64,000 bases of DNA from Balanoglossus misakiensis (taxonomy: Eukaryota > Animalia > Hemichordata), in assembly GCA_040954595.2 (NCBI GenBank), contig CM082584.2, positions 12,306,875 through 12,370,874 of the forward strand. The letters run 5' to 3'. The notes under the pieces are model-generated. The model had not been told where the DNA came from. It worked only from the letters and a program-made list of their open reading frames with translations, and searched no databases. Within the stretch, counting starts at the first letter, position 1, and each line of letters opens with the position of its first letter. A program made the position numbers and the translations under genes. Shown in pieces: positions 1-12,300 of the stretch.

Positions 1-3000
1 TGCTCTTGAATCGACTCGGGTATACAGCGGGACTTTCCGTGTCGCATTTTCGTCGACGGGAATATAGAAGCCTGAACCCTTCAGGGGGAAAGTCGGAAAT
101 ATTTATGACGAAAGTTGGGGCTTTTCAGATCGAAGAAGGAGAATTGGGGTCAGACTTTGGGTGATGTGATTTATTTTTGCATTGCTTATCCATCCCTGCT
201 GGCGAATATTTAATGCAGTTTGTGATCGAATGCAGAAAAACGAGGAAATCGACTCCAAAGTTCCCCATACCTTTATTTTAAATACACCATTAATCTAAAG
301 TACTATATATTGTCTATTTAACCCTGGGTATCACAAAGATACGCGTGCGGTTTAAGACTTGACGAATCTTATCTCCAAGAGATGAAGTGACCCTATGAAT
401 TCTATTTCACAGAAAATGTCATCGTGAACTTTGAGGGGAGGGAGGGAGGAAGAGGGGAGATATCGCCAGAGATATATAGCTAGAGATAGAGGATGCAATT
501 TAGTTGAACTTTGGTTATCTTTTAGAATGTATTTAAATGACGTAAAGACGAAATATGAAACTTAAAGTACAAGGAATTCAGGCTAAATATCAATGTGTTC
601 ATTCTTATCTCAAAAGATTAATACATTTCATCTTAATAACAAACCTCAGAGATAAATGATCCCCAAAGGTAATAAATGCATTTACAAAATGAAACAGACG
701 AAGTATTTGAATTTTTAATGGAGAGGTTTATCAACATTTCTTTTTTAACCTTCCTGATAGCTTTTTGACACTCCAAAAAGCAGAAATGTAATGTCATATT
801 CTGATTTGTTCAAGGATTTCTCGCGAATCCTCTACAGAAACATTGGAGACTGAAACTCAGTGAACATCTTCCCCTCAAACCCGTCAATGTGATCACATCA
901 ATATGCTTCTTATAAAAGGAAGTAGAAGTTAAAACTTTTTCATGTCGATGATTGCATAACGACCGTTTTGGTCGATTAAATTGATACCATTCCACTATTG
1001 CAAACGATCTACACAGTGTTTGCAAGTAGTAATCGTCTCACATGCGCAGACTACAAAGCCATGAACTAGATTCAGGCTTTTCTGGCCAATGAACCAAAAC
1101 GCTAAGAAAGTGCGAAGGATTTCCAAAGCAGCAGAATGATGTTACTTGCCTATATCTGACTAGCCTCGACTTTAGCAAAGAGTTATCAGATTCGGACACG
1201 CTACCGTGAACTTGTCGCGCGACATCACTGCAAGAAGAAAATCGAGCGGTGATCTGTAATTGTCTGTCTGCATTTCATCTTAGCCATCAAGCTTGAACTC
1301 AGTGACATTTCTAGAGTGAAGACATTTACAATATTACACGGGTGTGCCGTTGCAGTTGAATGATCTAATCGATGTAATGATTTCAGATCGGTGAATAATA
1401 GACGAAAAAAATACACGAACTTGGCGAGCGTCACACTTTTATGACGGCAGTTTAAAATATATCCCGCCCTACATCTCAAGAATGTTATGTATGACAGTAC
1501 TTTAAGTGAAGGTTTCTCCTTGGAAAATCGTTCAGATCCTTGACGCATCTTGCCTTTTGTGTCTCAAGCCGGTGATTTTAAAGATATGAGGTTTATGAAC
1601 TTCTACAAAATTGACAATTCATAAATAATCAAAACACAATAAACTTTTATTTCACGAGAGGTTAAGAGTTTGCGCTATAAACAGTGATTTACAGGGTAAA
1701 TAAAAGGTTCAGTGTACTGACTGTCATGGATTGCTATATGAGATCAAAGTTCGCACTGCTGCCTCCGTCAACACCTGGTGATGTCTGTGTGTCTTTGTAT
1801 TTCCTGATGTGTCTATCTGCCTGCCTGTTGCTTTGCCTGCTTGTCTGTCTGTCATTGCTTTTACTTTCAAAGTGAAGTTCTGTTAAGGACGGTCCTCCGG
1901 TTAAATTCACCAGTGTTCATTTTACAGCGGATCCCTTCAGTTTATTGTTGCAGTCATCTTTGAGGGCATGAGTTATGTTACCGAGATTCTCAAATCATTT
2001 TGCTACCATACCCCTAGACCTTAGCAAAAACACTAACATCAATACCCAAGTCTACGTAAACGGGAAGTGTGAACGACGAGTAACAAAACCTAGCTTTATT
2101 TCATTTTATTGAACGACCAGGTGTTCAGTTTTAGGGTGGGTGCCCACTATATGCTGACTGCGTCGTGCATTACTCAACTTGTCCTTAAAAAGCAAGCTAG
2201 TCATTTCGTCATATTTCGTAAGTATATCATAAAACTTCACAATGCGTAGAATATTCATGAAGTCGGCATCCTTGTACTCATTATACGAGTGTTCCAAAAC
2301 TTTATTGTAATCAGTTTACAGTGTTTTTCCCCAGGAGATTTCATTTTGTCCTTAAAAAGGTTCCGGGCTAAGCTGCCGGCTATAGTTCCATTAATATTAT
2401 GAGTTTGAAGATTTATAGATTTTGTTGTACCAACAGACAATTTGATGCGTAGGTAAAGATAATAAAATCAACTTGGCGTCACCCAGTCTTCAGAAAATGC
2501 CAGTTTAATTTTTGTTGTTGTCGACGTCTATTCTTTTCACGGACAACAAACGCAACGGCAAATCGGCCGCCATCTTCGCTCCAGCGATGCTCAACTTAAA
2601 CGCCCATTTCGGGAAAATTGACAGCAGTAAACTGACATGGCATATCGCTTTCCTCTGCAAGGTAACTTTGACCCCGTAAGGACAGCTGTTTCAGAAATAA
2701 CGTATTTTGTATCAAAACGAAGTATTCTTTTATATAAAAACGTTTTGCAGTATTCAAAATACCCCCTCTCAGGTTTTTTGTAACCGAGCAGTCAAGAAAT
2801 ATCCTTTAGGCCGACATTTTAAAATAGAAAGAAAGTGTCTATGGCTCCATTACTAACAGTTTTGCTGAAACCCTCTCTGACACACTAGACGAATCAGAAG
2901 AAAAGCACTAGAAACATCACTGCGCAGGTTCTTAAAAAATCCTCTCTACTCACTGTTGCCGAGGAGACGAACTCCTCCTACCTCCTGAATGACCCGCATC

Positions 3001-6000
3001 TCGATACGTGTCTTTCATATCGCTCGACAAAAGACTCTTTCGACTTCGCTAACAATGCTAAATTATTGACCCCCGGGTAAGGAGTAATGAGAGAGCCGAC
3101 GATATAAAGGTCGCGTCGAGTATCAACCGATCGATTGGAGGTAGGCTGGCTTGAACTAGGTAAACGTGGATTACCTCGTTGACATGGCTTCGTTTCCAAT
3201 CAATTTTCGCCTTTCTGGTTAGTCGAATCGGTTTGTAAATTAAGACGTATGCCTGGGCCCGTATCTCATTTCTATCAAAAATTAGAAGTGTAATACGAAG
3301 GTGCGAGTGCTTAATGTTAAGCGATGGCGCTGAAAACCCCGCACACTTGATATATAGTCAGAGGTTTCTCTTTGACAGCTCTGAAGTAGCTTTCGGACAT
3401 CACTGCAGGGAAAATTTTTAAACAAGCCAGCGAGTAAGCAAACGGACAGACAGACATCGTAAACTCGGTGAGGAAAATGTCCACTACACGGTAACATCTT
3501 CCCAACTACACGACTCGATCTGTTCAAATATGCGCCAAGCAAAGAATCTCATGGCATGACTTGCACGCTCAGTATACAACAACGATCTTCCAAATTTACT
3601 TGATACGGGCGGGAAAGTATTAAATATTCGGACACACGCCACCGCACTGTTCAGAAGGAGGTTATACTCGTAATTAAATGCAAACTCGCGAAATTACAGA
3701 AAGGTTGAAATTTCCTTTCGCCTCTCTCGCTATATTACCTTTTAAATAGAAATATCAACACGGTCGACTCTGTTCTGTAAACGAACGGCACTGCTCTCCA
3801 GTATGTACACACCTTTATACGGTATTCCATATGGAGGTAAAAGTATCGCGTCTTATTATAACTTACTCAAACTGTCCATTAACACACTACATGGCACTTC
3901 CATTCTCTACAATCATAAAGCCAACTCAGCGTGGAAAAAACTCTCCCCCCATCCATCGCTGACAGTTAACGATAAAGGAATTAGACGCTCTGCCTACCAA
4001 CAACCGGAGTATAATCTGAGCCGCCACCAGGTACACATTTTATCAGTTGGGTATCTACTTTAGTGGGTTTTATTAAAGACAGTAAACCGGGCGTGCGGCG
4101 ATATCACGTTCATGCTTCTAAGCCACGGGGAAGAGCTTTATACCGCAATGATGAATACATGCTGATATTTACTCGGGAAATGCGCGAAAGCTTCCTCAGC
4201 GCAGGGGTTCAGTCCGTGAAGCAATCTTTCAAGTTCAGTAGTCATTATTAATTCTAGGGCTTTCAACGTCACTTAATTAAATTGATGCGCGCAATTCGTC
4301 CATTTTGTCGAGCAAACAGAAATTGGCAAACAAGCGAAGGTCATGAAGGTAGCTGATATATACGAGTCCCCTGCCATCGAGCCAGAACCAAGGTTTCTAG
4401 TTTTTTTTTGTGGATGACAGTGACAGATGCGTACATGTAACATTCAGTGATACAGGAAGCGCCCCTCCCTTGCGAGATGGATAACATAAATGGATAAGAT
4501 TTGAACATGAAAATGTATTTGTATATGTAAAGGTATGGCCCATATAAAATATCGTTCCCAGTGTTCGAGTTTTTTGTTGAATTCCGGTAATTTACGTATG
4601 AGATGACGTCACGTCCGGCGACTCTTATATCGAAGTGAAACGTGAGCCTCTTTGTTTCATGGTCAATGTTTATTGAATTTGCAGGTAAGGGCAAAATTAT
4701 TACGTTTGATCGCCGAGGAGTTCAAATGTAAGCAAAAAAGATTTCCGACTCGAAGTTTTTTTAGCGTGGAAACTGTACAAGAATCCGGGGCTTAAATTAA
4801 TCAGTTGGGCCAACGCAACATCAATATAGTTTGCTTAACGCGAATTGATATCATGCGTGAGACCTCACAATCAATTTGGGCTGAAAATTGTCCTCGGTGT
4901 CAAATTCTGCTATTAGAGTCAAAAATGGCTTCGAATTTCCGATCTAATCACGCGTCAGACCCAATCTAAACATTTGATCACGAAATGAGACCGGGCAAGA
5001 CGAGTAGTGGTTGGCGTGCCGCCATATTGACATAGCGGCTTTAGTGACTAAATCGAAGAAAATATTGCCTTCGTGCTTTCACGGAAATAAGTGATCTTTT
5101 ACCCGGACGTGACCCTGCCTTCTAATGTCCCCACTCTCGCGAAGACAGATGAAAAATTGTGAAAGTTTTACAACCATGAAAAGAAAAAAACTCAAGGGAG
5201 CCTATTTAATGGTGTTTTTCCCCTATCTTTACTAGACGTATTACCTGGCTAACACGTTTTAGGGACTTGCCTAGGCTTGATCTCTGCTAAAACTCGACCC
5301 TTGACACTTACTCATCATCGATGAAAGGTTGAAATATAAATCTTTCTGTCATTCTGAGCAGAGACGCGACGCCTGTGTAGGTAGTCTTTGCTCGTTTGAA
5401 GATGGAAGAAACCTGATTTGACAATTAAGATGATCAGGCTGCAACAGTCATTCGGTGAAGTGGCATATGAGCCACCTTGGTGCAATGAAGGAGGTGTCGC
5501 TTTGTTTTGGCGGAAGGTGCTATACTCTTAGGTGATTTAAATTTCACAAAAAATACTGAAAAAGTAGCCAAAAGAAATGCTAAAATCACTTCAATGCAAT
5601 CTTCTCTCAAACTTGGCTACGAATAGTGGCGTATTCAGAAGAACAAAAAAACAAGCTGCTTCATTCAGTGCTAGAAGGCATGCGTGTAGTCCATTTGCCA
5701 TGGACACCACCAGATTGGATTTCTCTCATCTTCTAACGCATATACCGCGTTAATTGAGACGCACTAAGACATATTAGGCTGAAGCTGTGTGTGTTTGGGG
5801 ACAGTAGATCCATTTGCTTCATCCCTCGGAGCAAAGGGAAATGAGAGAAAATGCACAGTGTTTCACGGGCGCAAAAAGTCGTGTCTTTTAAGACATTCTA
5901 TTTCAAGATGTTCTTAGAGAGTGTTGGAGAACAAATAACTAGAGTTTTGCATCGCCATGCAGATCCTGTTGGAGATCCCTTTCAGCCAATCGGGCACTAT

Positions 6001-8049
6001 TAAGTTCGCTTGATGTCGAATTGCTACTTTTTGGAATTTTTCCGCTCTTCTGCTATAGCGGTTGAGTTGTCAACATTGTCTTTATTGTAATAAAACGTAC
6101 TCTTTGCCTTATATTTGCCTTATACGGTTATCCTGTCGGAGTCAGACTCTTAGCAACCTTGTTCATCTTGCATTCTTGATCAGGTGTGTAGAAATACTAT
6201 TCCGGAGCTACCCGATTTCATTCCCGGATTTCATTCAATGCTGAGAATTCGAGACCAGACCAGGGCATGCCATTTTCAAACTGGCACCGTCTCGAGTTCC
6301 GCCATACCTTTTAACAATCGCGTTTGATATAAATGCGTTCGGGTGCAGGCCTATTAAAAGCCACCGGGTAATAAATTTTCATGGAAACACTAAAAAATCG
6401 CACTCGGCTTCTCTGAAAGCAATTAGAAAATGATTAGCGACGCGTTCAAATATCACACAGATGTCGAGCACGACGGTTTGATTCACTGTCAAGTCACGTG
6501 ACCGGATGAACTGAAGCTTGACTGTAATTTTCTCGCTCACATCTAATTTGAAATCTTGAACCCGTGCTGCGACGCGGAGAAAACAGTTCATTAAATGGAT
6601 GTGGGGGCTCCCTCTTGTTTAAAATGATAGAACACACGGAAAATTGCCTCCTTGTCGACGGTGGTTTAACTGGTATCATTTACAACCACCGTCTCTTCCC
6701 TTCCCCTCGCACGAGATCCCCATTGTTGCTTGTTCTATTTTTCGACCATAGCTCTTCTGATGTCCAGTTGTACCATATATGATCATGATGACCCTCCCCC
6801 TTTCGTAAGAAGCGACGTTCAGTCTGTGTGTGTCTGTGTGTACCTCTCTCTCTGACTAAGACAAACCTTAACAAAACTCTGTTCCATCGATCGTATAAAT
6901 AAACCGAGTTATCAATATGGCGGCCTTGGTTACCGAGATAGCTTCCTCCCCGTGAGAATCAATTTTATAAAGCGATCCTCTCAACTCCAAACCTATGTCA
7001 CCACAAATAGATCGATTTTTCCCTCTCTCTCACCACATCATCCCCAACAGTATCATCGACCATTTTTAAAATAGAAGTAATAAGATGGGAATGAAGAACA
7101 TTGCGCTATTCTTCTGTAATTATCGACTTTAAAGAAAGGGATGCGATTTTTATATGCAGTCTCGATGAACAGGGTTAATAAATTGCGCGGAAATGACAGT
7201 ATACATTGGCATCAGACGAAATAGTCGATGATGACCTTTAAAATATTCAGATAGGCGCTTAATAGTGTGTGATTTGCCAGTGACGATGGTTAGTATTTTC
7301 GTCCGACATTTAAAACAAGTGAGAAAAGTGGCATATCCCAGCGTGAGTTGGCGACGAGTTCGTTGATGATTGCAATGCAGTGGGCGGTGGCCACTTGGAT
7401 GGCAGTATATGTGTCGTCGCCTTGACAACAGCCGTAACGTCGATGGAGTGAGATACGTGGCTAGTAAATTGGGGGGGGGGGGGATACAAAATGAACGAGG
7501 ACGCATTGTATTCAGATCACGTAGGAAGCAAGTAAACATGTCTACATAGACTTCGAGTAAAGACCGCCCGACCGCCTTCGCATCAGAATCTGCGAGTTAA
7601 CTGGAAATTATTTCCAAATTGATTGAAAGCGAGTTACAAGCAGAACAAACGCGCAATATCCTTGATTCCGGCGAAAGTCATCTGTCTTTCTCCGAGATAA
7701 ATGATGTAAGCCGGTGAACTGTTTTTTTTCCCACGAGCACTCGACTTTATCACCCAAAAATAAACATGTTTTCATACTACGAAATATATCTCCTCTATGG
7801 ACAGGTTGATTTCGATTGAAAGTGTGGCTCTATGGCAGTGAAATTAGTCACCCTTGAAATACTGTCTGAGTGTGTGTGGGGGGTGGGTGGGTGGGTGCGT
7901 GTGTGGCTTCCTTTCAAGAAAATAAAAATATGCATAATTATACATACGTAAATGAAGGTACACCAGGTGGCATTAAAATACCAAAATGTTTGCCGCGGTC
8001 TTAGAGTGGATTTAAAACTACATTTTTGTACTTAAGATTCAGATGAAAT

Positions 8050-8093
8050 GATTGGCTGATTGACAGATTGATTGATTGATCGATTTATCGATT
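8050..8093. repeat. Imperfect (GATT)n repeat
   Basis: gattggctgattgacagattgattgattgatcgatttatcgatt. Confidence 0.7.
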
Positions 8094-8638
8094 ACACATT
8101 TGGAACTTGGAATGAATGTATTTGGGCCAACATTGTCCTTTCAGAGTCAGATGTGATTAGGTGAAACAGTCGAACTAATGCACAGCGCAAAAGTAGCTTC
8201 TGCTTACTGGTTTCGTGTATTTGTCGAATGCAACGCCATCAAATTGATTGAGTAATTCTTGTTCATATCGAATGATTACATCGAAAGTGAATTCGGAAAC
8301 AGGCGATTCAATTAATTTTTTGCAAGCATGGTTCAAAATAATTTTTTCCCTCAATGTCTGTTTCTTTGTTCGATAATTGTTTGGATGTGACGTAGAGAAA
8401 TGCGGGGACGCTCTTTGGCAGCGGACTGTCATTCTAGCGTCGACACAGCGCCATCCATTTTTACTGGCGTGACTCTTTGAGCCCAAGAGATCAAAACCTG
8501 CGTTCCCTATTTGCAATTGGAGGAGACTCTTTTCTGTACGGCTTTGTCATCGTTTGACCAAAAAGAATCACTCAGGTTTTATTAGACACTTCGTTCTGCT
8601 CCTAAAAGCAGAGGCGGCATACCTTGTTTGTTTTCTGC

Positions 8639-8652
8639 GTCACCATGGCAAC
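8639..8652. promoter_or_regulatory. RFX X-box motif
   Basis: GTCACCATGGCAAC matches the palindromic RFX consensus GTNRCCATGGNAAC. Confidence 0.5.
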
Positions 8653-9202
8653 CATCTTCCGGTGCTCGATCAGGACACTCGAGGATGTCGGGAATTCCTG
8701 AAAGATAACGGAAAGGAAAGATGTGTCACAGATTCGGTTCGGTTATTTCTCACCAGTTGCTACAGATGCGTTATATAAATTTTAAATTAGAGCCCTACGC
8801 ACAGCGTCTTGACAAGATCCCGCTGTGGTTTGCCTGTCGTTCGTTGATGAACGCCCCTTTACGCACAGAAATACAGAAGGTGCGCGCGTAGCGTTTGTGT
8901 GGTCGATAAATTCTACATTCCTTTTAGAGGCGATTCCATTCCTGAAGTGAAAGGGTCAATTTTTCACTCTAATGGGTTGATGTGCTTTCTCGTTATTATG
9001 AACAGATTCACGTGTAGGCTGAGAGCTAGTTCGGGAGACAGAGACGTCAAGAAGTAGAGAGATTTGAAGAGTAAAAAGGTGAGACAGCGAGAAATACCAG
9101 AGACAGACAGACAGGCCAACAAACAAACAAGCACACATCCACAGTAGTTAAACTATGTTTTATAGAGTGTTCAGAGATTTTATTCAGTATTGTTCAACTT
9201 AA

Positions 9203-9386
9203 AGGTATACGGTCACCTATGCAAATTTAGCTACAGTTACCATGGCACACTGAGATCTAACCAATCACAGATTTTCAGTGAGTGGCACACACGAAAAAAA
9301 CACGCAACCATATGTTCTTTAGAACACTCAAATACGCCATTTCAGCCATATATGGGCGTATGTAAATTTGGGGTGACCGTGTACTT
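9203..9386 (+). mobile_element. Non-autonomous DNA transposon (MITE), ~184 bp, TTAA target-site duplication, Kolobok-like termini
   Basis: TTAA (9199-9202) AGGTATACGGTCACC ... GGTGACCGTGTACTT TTAA (9387-9390); TIR matches 13/15; a second copy lies at 27693-27875. Confidence 0.8.
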
Positions 9387-12300
9387 TTAATTGTTACGAG
9401 TTTTATCTGCCTAGAAGCGTGCAGCCCACTACCATGGTTTTCCTGGGCGATGCATAAAAATGCAAATTAAATTCCTAAAGGTATTGGCGAAATGCTTTAA
9501 TATTTCTATATTAAAAGCAGATAAGTTAAGGACATGATGGATATGCATTATTAATGCCAAGGTCGTCAGAGCCACGATCGAATTTACAGAATTACTCAAA
9601 CACAATGTTTTCTATTCACTTTGAAACTGTTTGGTTACTTTGGCGTAAGATTCGCAAATCCCTGAGTGTGAAGTCCCAGTAGAGGAATTTTCGATCACTT
9701 CGCGTTTGCGCTTCAATTTACCCACTCTCCGCTGAAAGCGTTAAAAGCCATTTTCCCCCCTTTTACCCAGGAGCGTTAAGACGGTTAAATGTCATACAAA
9801 ACTATAACACAAAACGCTTCACACATCAGCGTACGATGAGATTAGATAGAATTGAGAGCATCGAACACAGCGTGCGCTAAAATGCAATAGACTCGATTCA
9901 GATACACTCAATGAGATGCCAGTCAGTGGGAGAGCTAAGACAAAAATGGCGAGATATCGACACAATACACTCATCTCCTGGGTAAGGAACATGAGCAAGT
10001 TGCTGTCACAAAGAAGCCTATGCGTGTGTCCTCCATAGATAGTATTAAATGCCTTAGTGAATCCCGAGGAAAAATGTCATCTTGTCAAATTGAAATTCAC
10101 TCGAAATAGTGAGCAGTTCTTGCCTGCATGTGCTTAACTTAAACTTCTCTCTCTTCTAAAAATACCACATTTTATCAAAACCTAGTACCTGCACGGATGA
10201 GTACATAATCTATTAATAATTCAAATAACATCCGCTTCACAAGGCATTTTTTATTCCTCCTCGTTCAGTGACTTCTCTTTGTGTAATCTGCCTGCAAGGT
10301 TTCATTTTGACAAGACTGACACACAGACCAGAGAAGCACGTCCCCAACAGCCGTAATATTAAACCGAGCGCCAACCAAGTCCTGAAAAGCACAGCGCCGT
10401 ACAATGAGATTTTACGAAAACAGACTTGGGGCGGGAAGAGCTTTTTCGCTGCGATTTATAAGTAATCTGACAACGGTGTCACCATCCAACCATATTAGAA
10501 GGCAGTGAACACTTGTGTATGAGCTTAGATATCTACCAAAAATATATTCTTTCAGGTTTCCAAAAGAATATCAGGTTGTCAAGGATATAGATGGACATGG
10601 AGATAAAACTATACAGCATATTTTCATTCATAAAACCTTGTGAATTTTTGCAATATCGGGTCACTGTATACATGCAAAAGCTAGATTTTGCTTGGGAAAA
10701 TGTTAAATAGTGACAAATATGCATCACGTGACCCGCCATTGTGACTTGAAACGTTCCAAATTCAATATTTCAATAAATCGTCAACAACCGTTATACTCGA
10801 TCTGTCGAGTACAATGCAAGAATCACCGATGCTTATCAAAATAGAAACCGACAGAAAACACATGAAAGCAACAGTGTATAATATCCGCGAAGTTAGGGCG
10901 TCCTTCGTCACATCATCAGAGATAATGGTGGGAATGGCAGGCCTGTCTGTCTGTCTTCGTCCTTAATCTACAACTGAACGTTATCGATGTGTATCTATAT
11001 ATTCAATTGGGAAAATTAATCCAGATTTAATAATGTTGGAAAGCGCGCATAATATGTTATAGCGAATGTGAATCGACGTTTAAATTTGTTTCAACACAAT
11101 GTGTGATCCTCAATAGGCGAAGACATGAACAAGAATTTTATTTTCAAGGTGGCAGGTGCGAGTAAAATGATCATCATCAGTTATATTTTGGCTGTATGTG
11201 TACTTTTCAGTATAGCTAGGCTTGCCGTCATTTCCAAGAAACTTTGGCAAATAACCTTAATTTCCTTTATCGAATCGCGGACCATGGAATCGACATGTTT
11301 TCGGTGCCGTTTCATTTTGCTGTAGCATTCATTTCCTTAACGACTAACTGCTATGGGTTTTAACTCCAGTTAAAAGTCAAGTTAACATTCGACATAAACA
11401 TTAAGAGCGACTCTGGATTAAATATACATGAATAAATCACTGCAATAGCCGAAAATGGAGATACTACGAAAACAGGAAGCCAATTGTCGCGAGGTGCGTT
11501 TCTGGGGAAAAAAATCATGGTTTAATAAAAGCTCTTTGCGTCGTCTTGCAATAACGCCGAGTAACCAATACATGGCGACACGGCCGCGTTACAGCAAATA
11601 CGGCGAAACTCGACACTATTCACTTCCTGGACTTGCAGATGTACATAATTGTTTAGCTAAGGGGCACTGCCGGGAAATCTTTGTGACCCTGTTGCAGATC
11701 ATGAGCCCTTCACAAAGGTGATCTTGGGGAAATGCTGGGTCTGACACATATGTTTGCAGCAAACCACGGCGTTTCGCTGCAAAACGGGGAAAGGCAACTG
11801 GGAAAATGGCATGGCGACCTCGATCTGTTAGATGGCTTTGCTGTGCCCGCGAATGGGGGCAGAGGTCAAGTGTGCTGCACGCGGGACTGTGATTTAAACA
11901 AATACATGTATGAGTATACGCCCGAGGGTTAATTAGCAGAATATGGTATTCATTATTAAGCAAAAGTAGAGAACTGTCGAATCTTACCAGTATATGAACA
12001 TGAAATATTCCCCACATTAAACAAATTCAGCGTACATAATTAATTTGATGTACCATATTCTGAGCAGTGCCGCGCCAAAAGTATAATTGATGATATTGTG
12101 TATGTACACATGCATGTCTTTTTCCTGACATTTTAAGCTTGCTCTTCCCTATCAATACAAGTTCACAGGATTGATAAAGTACACATAAAACTTTACATCA
12201 GCGATCTGTCACGACAACATGTTCAAATGTCGTGTTGAAACGTTGATTTTACGACCATAGCGAAGAGATCCATAAAGTACAGAATACAGAGAACGTTCAA

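Noticed and set aside
509-520. 12-nt match to miR-9 (CTTTGGTTATCT)
   Set aside because: The match stops there and I see no complementary arm.
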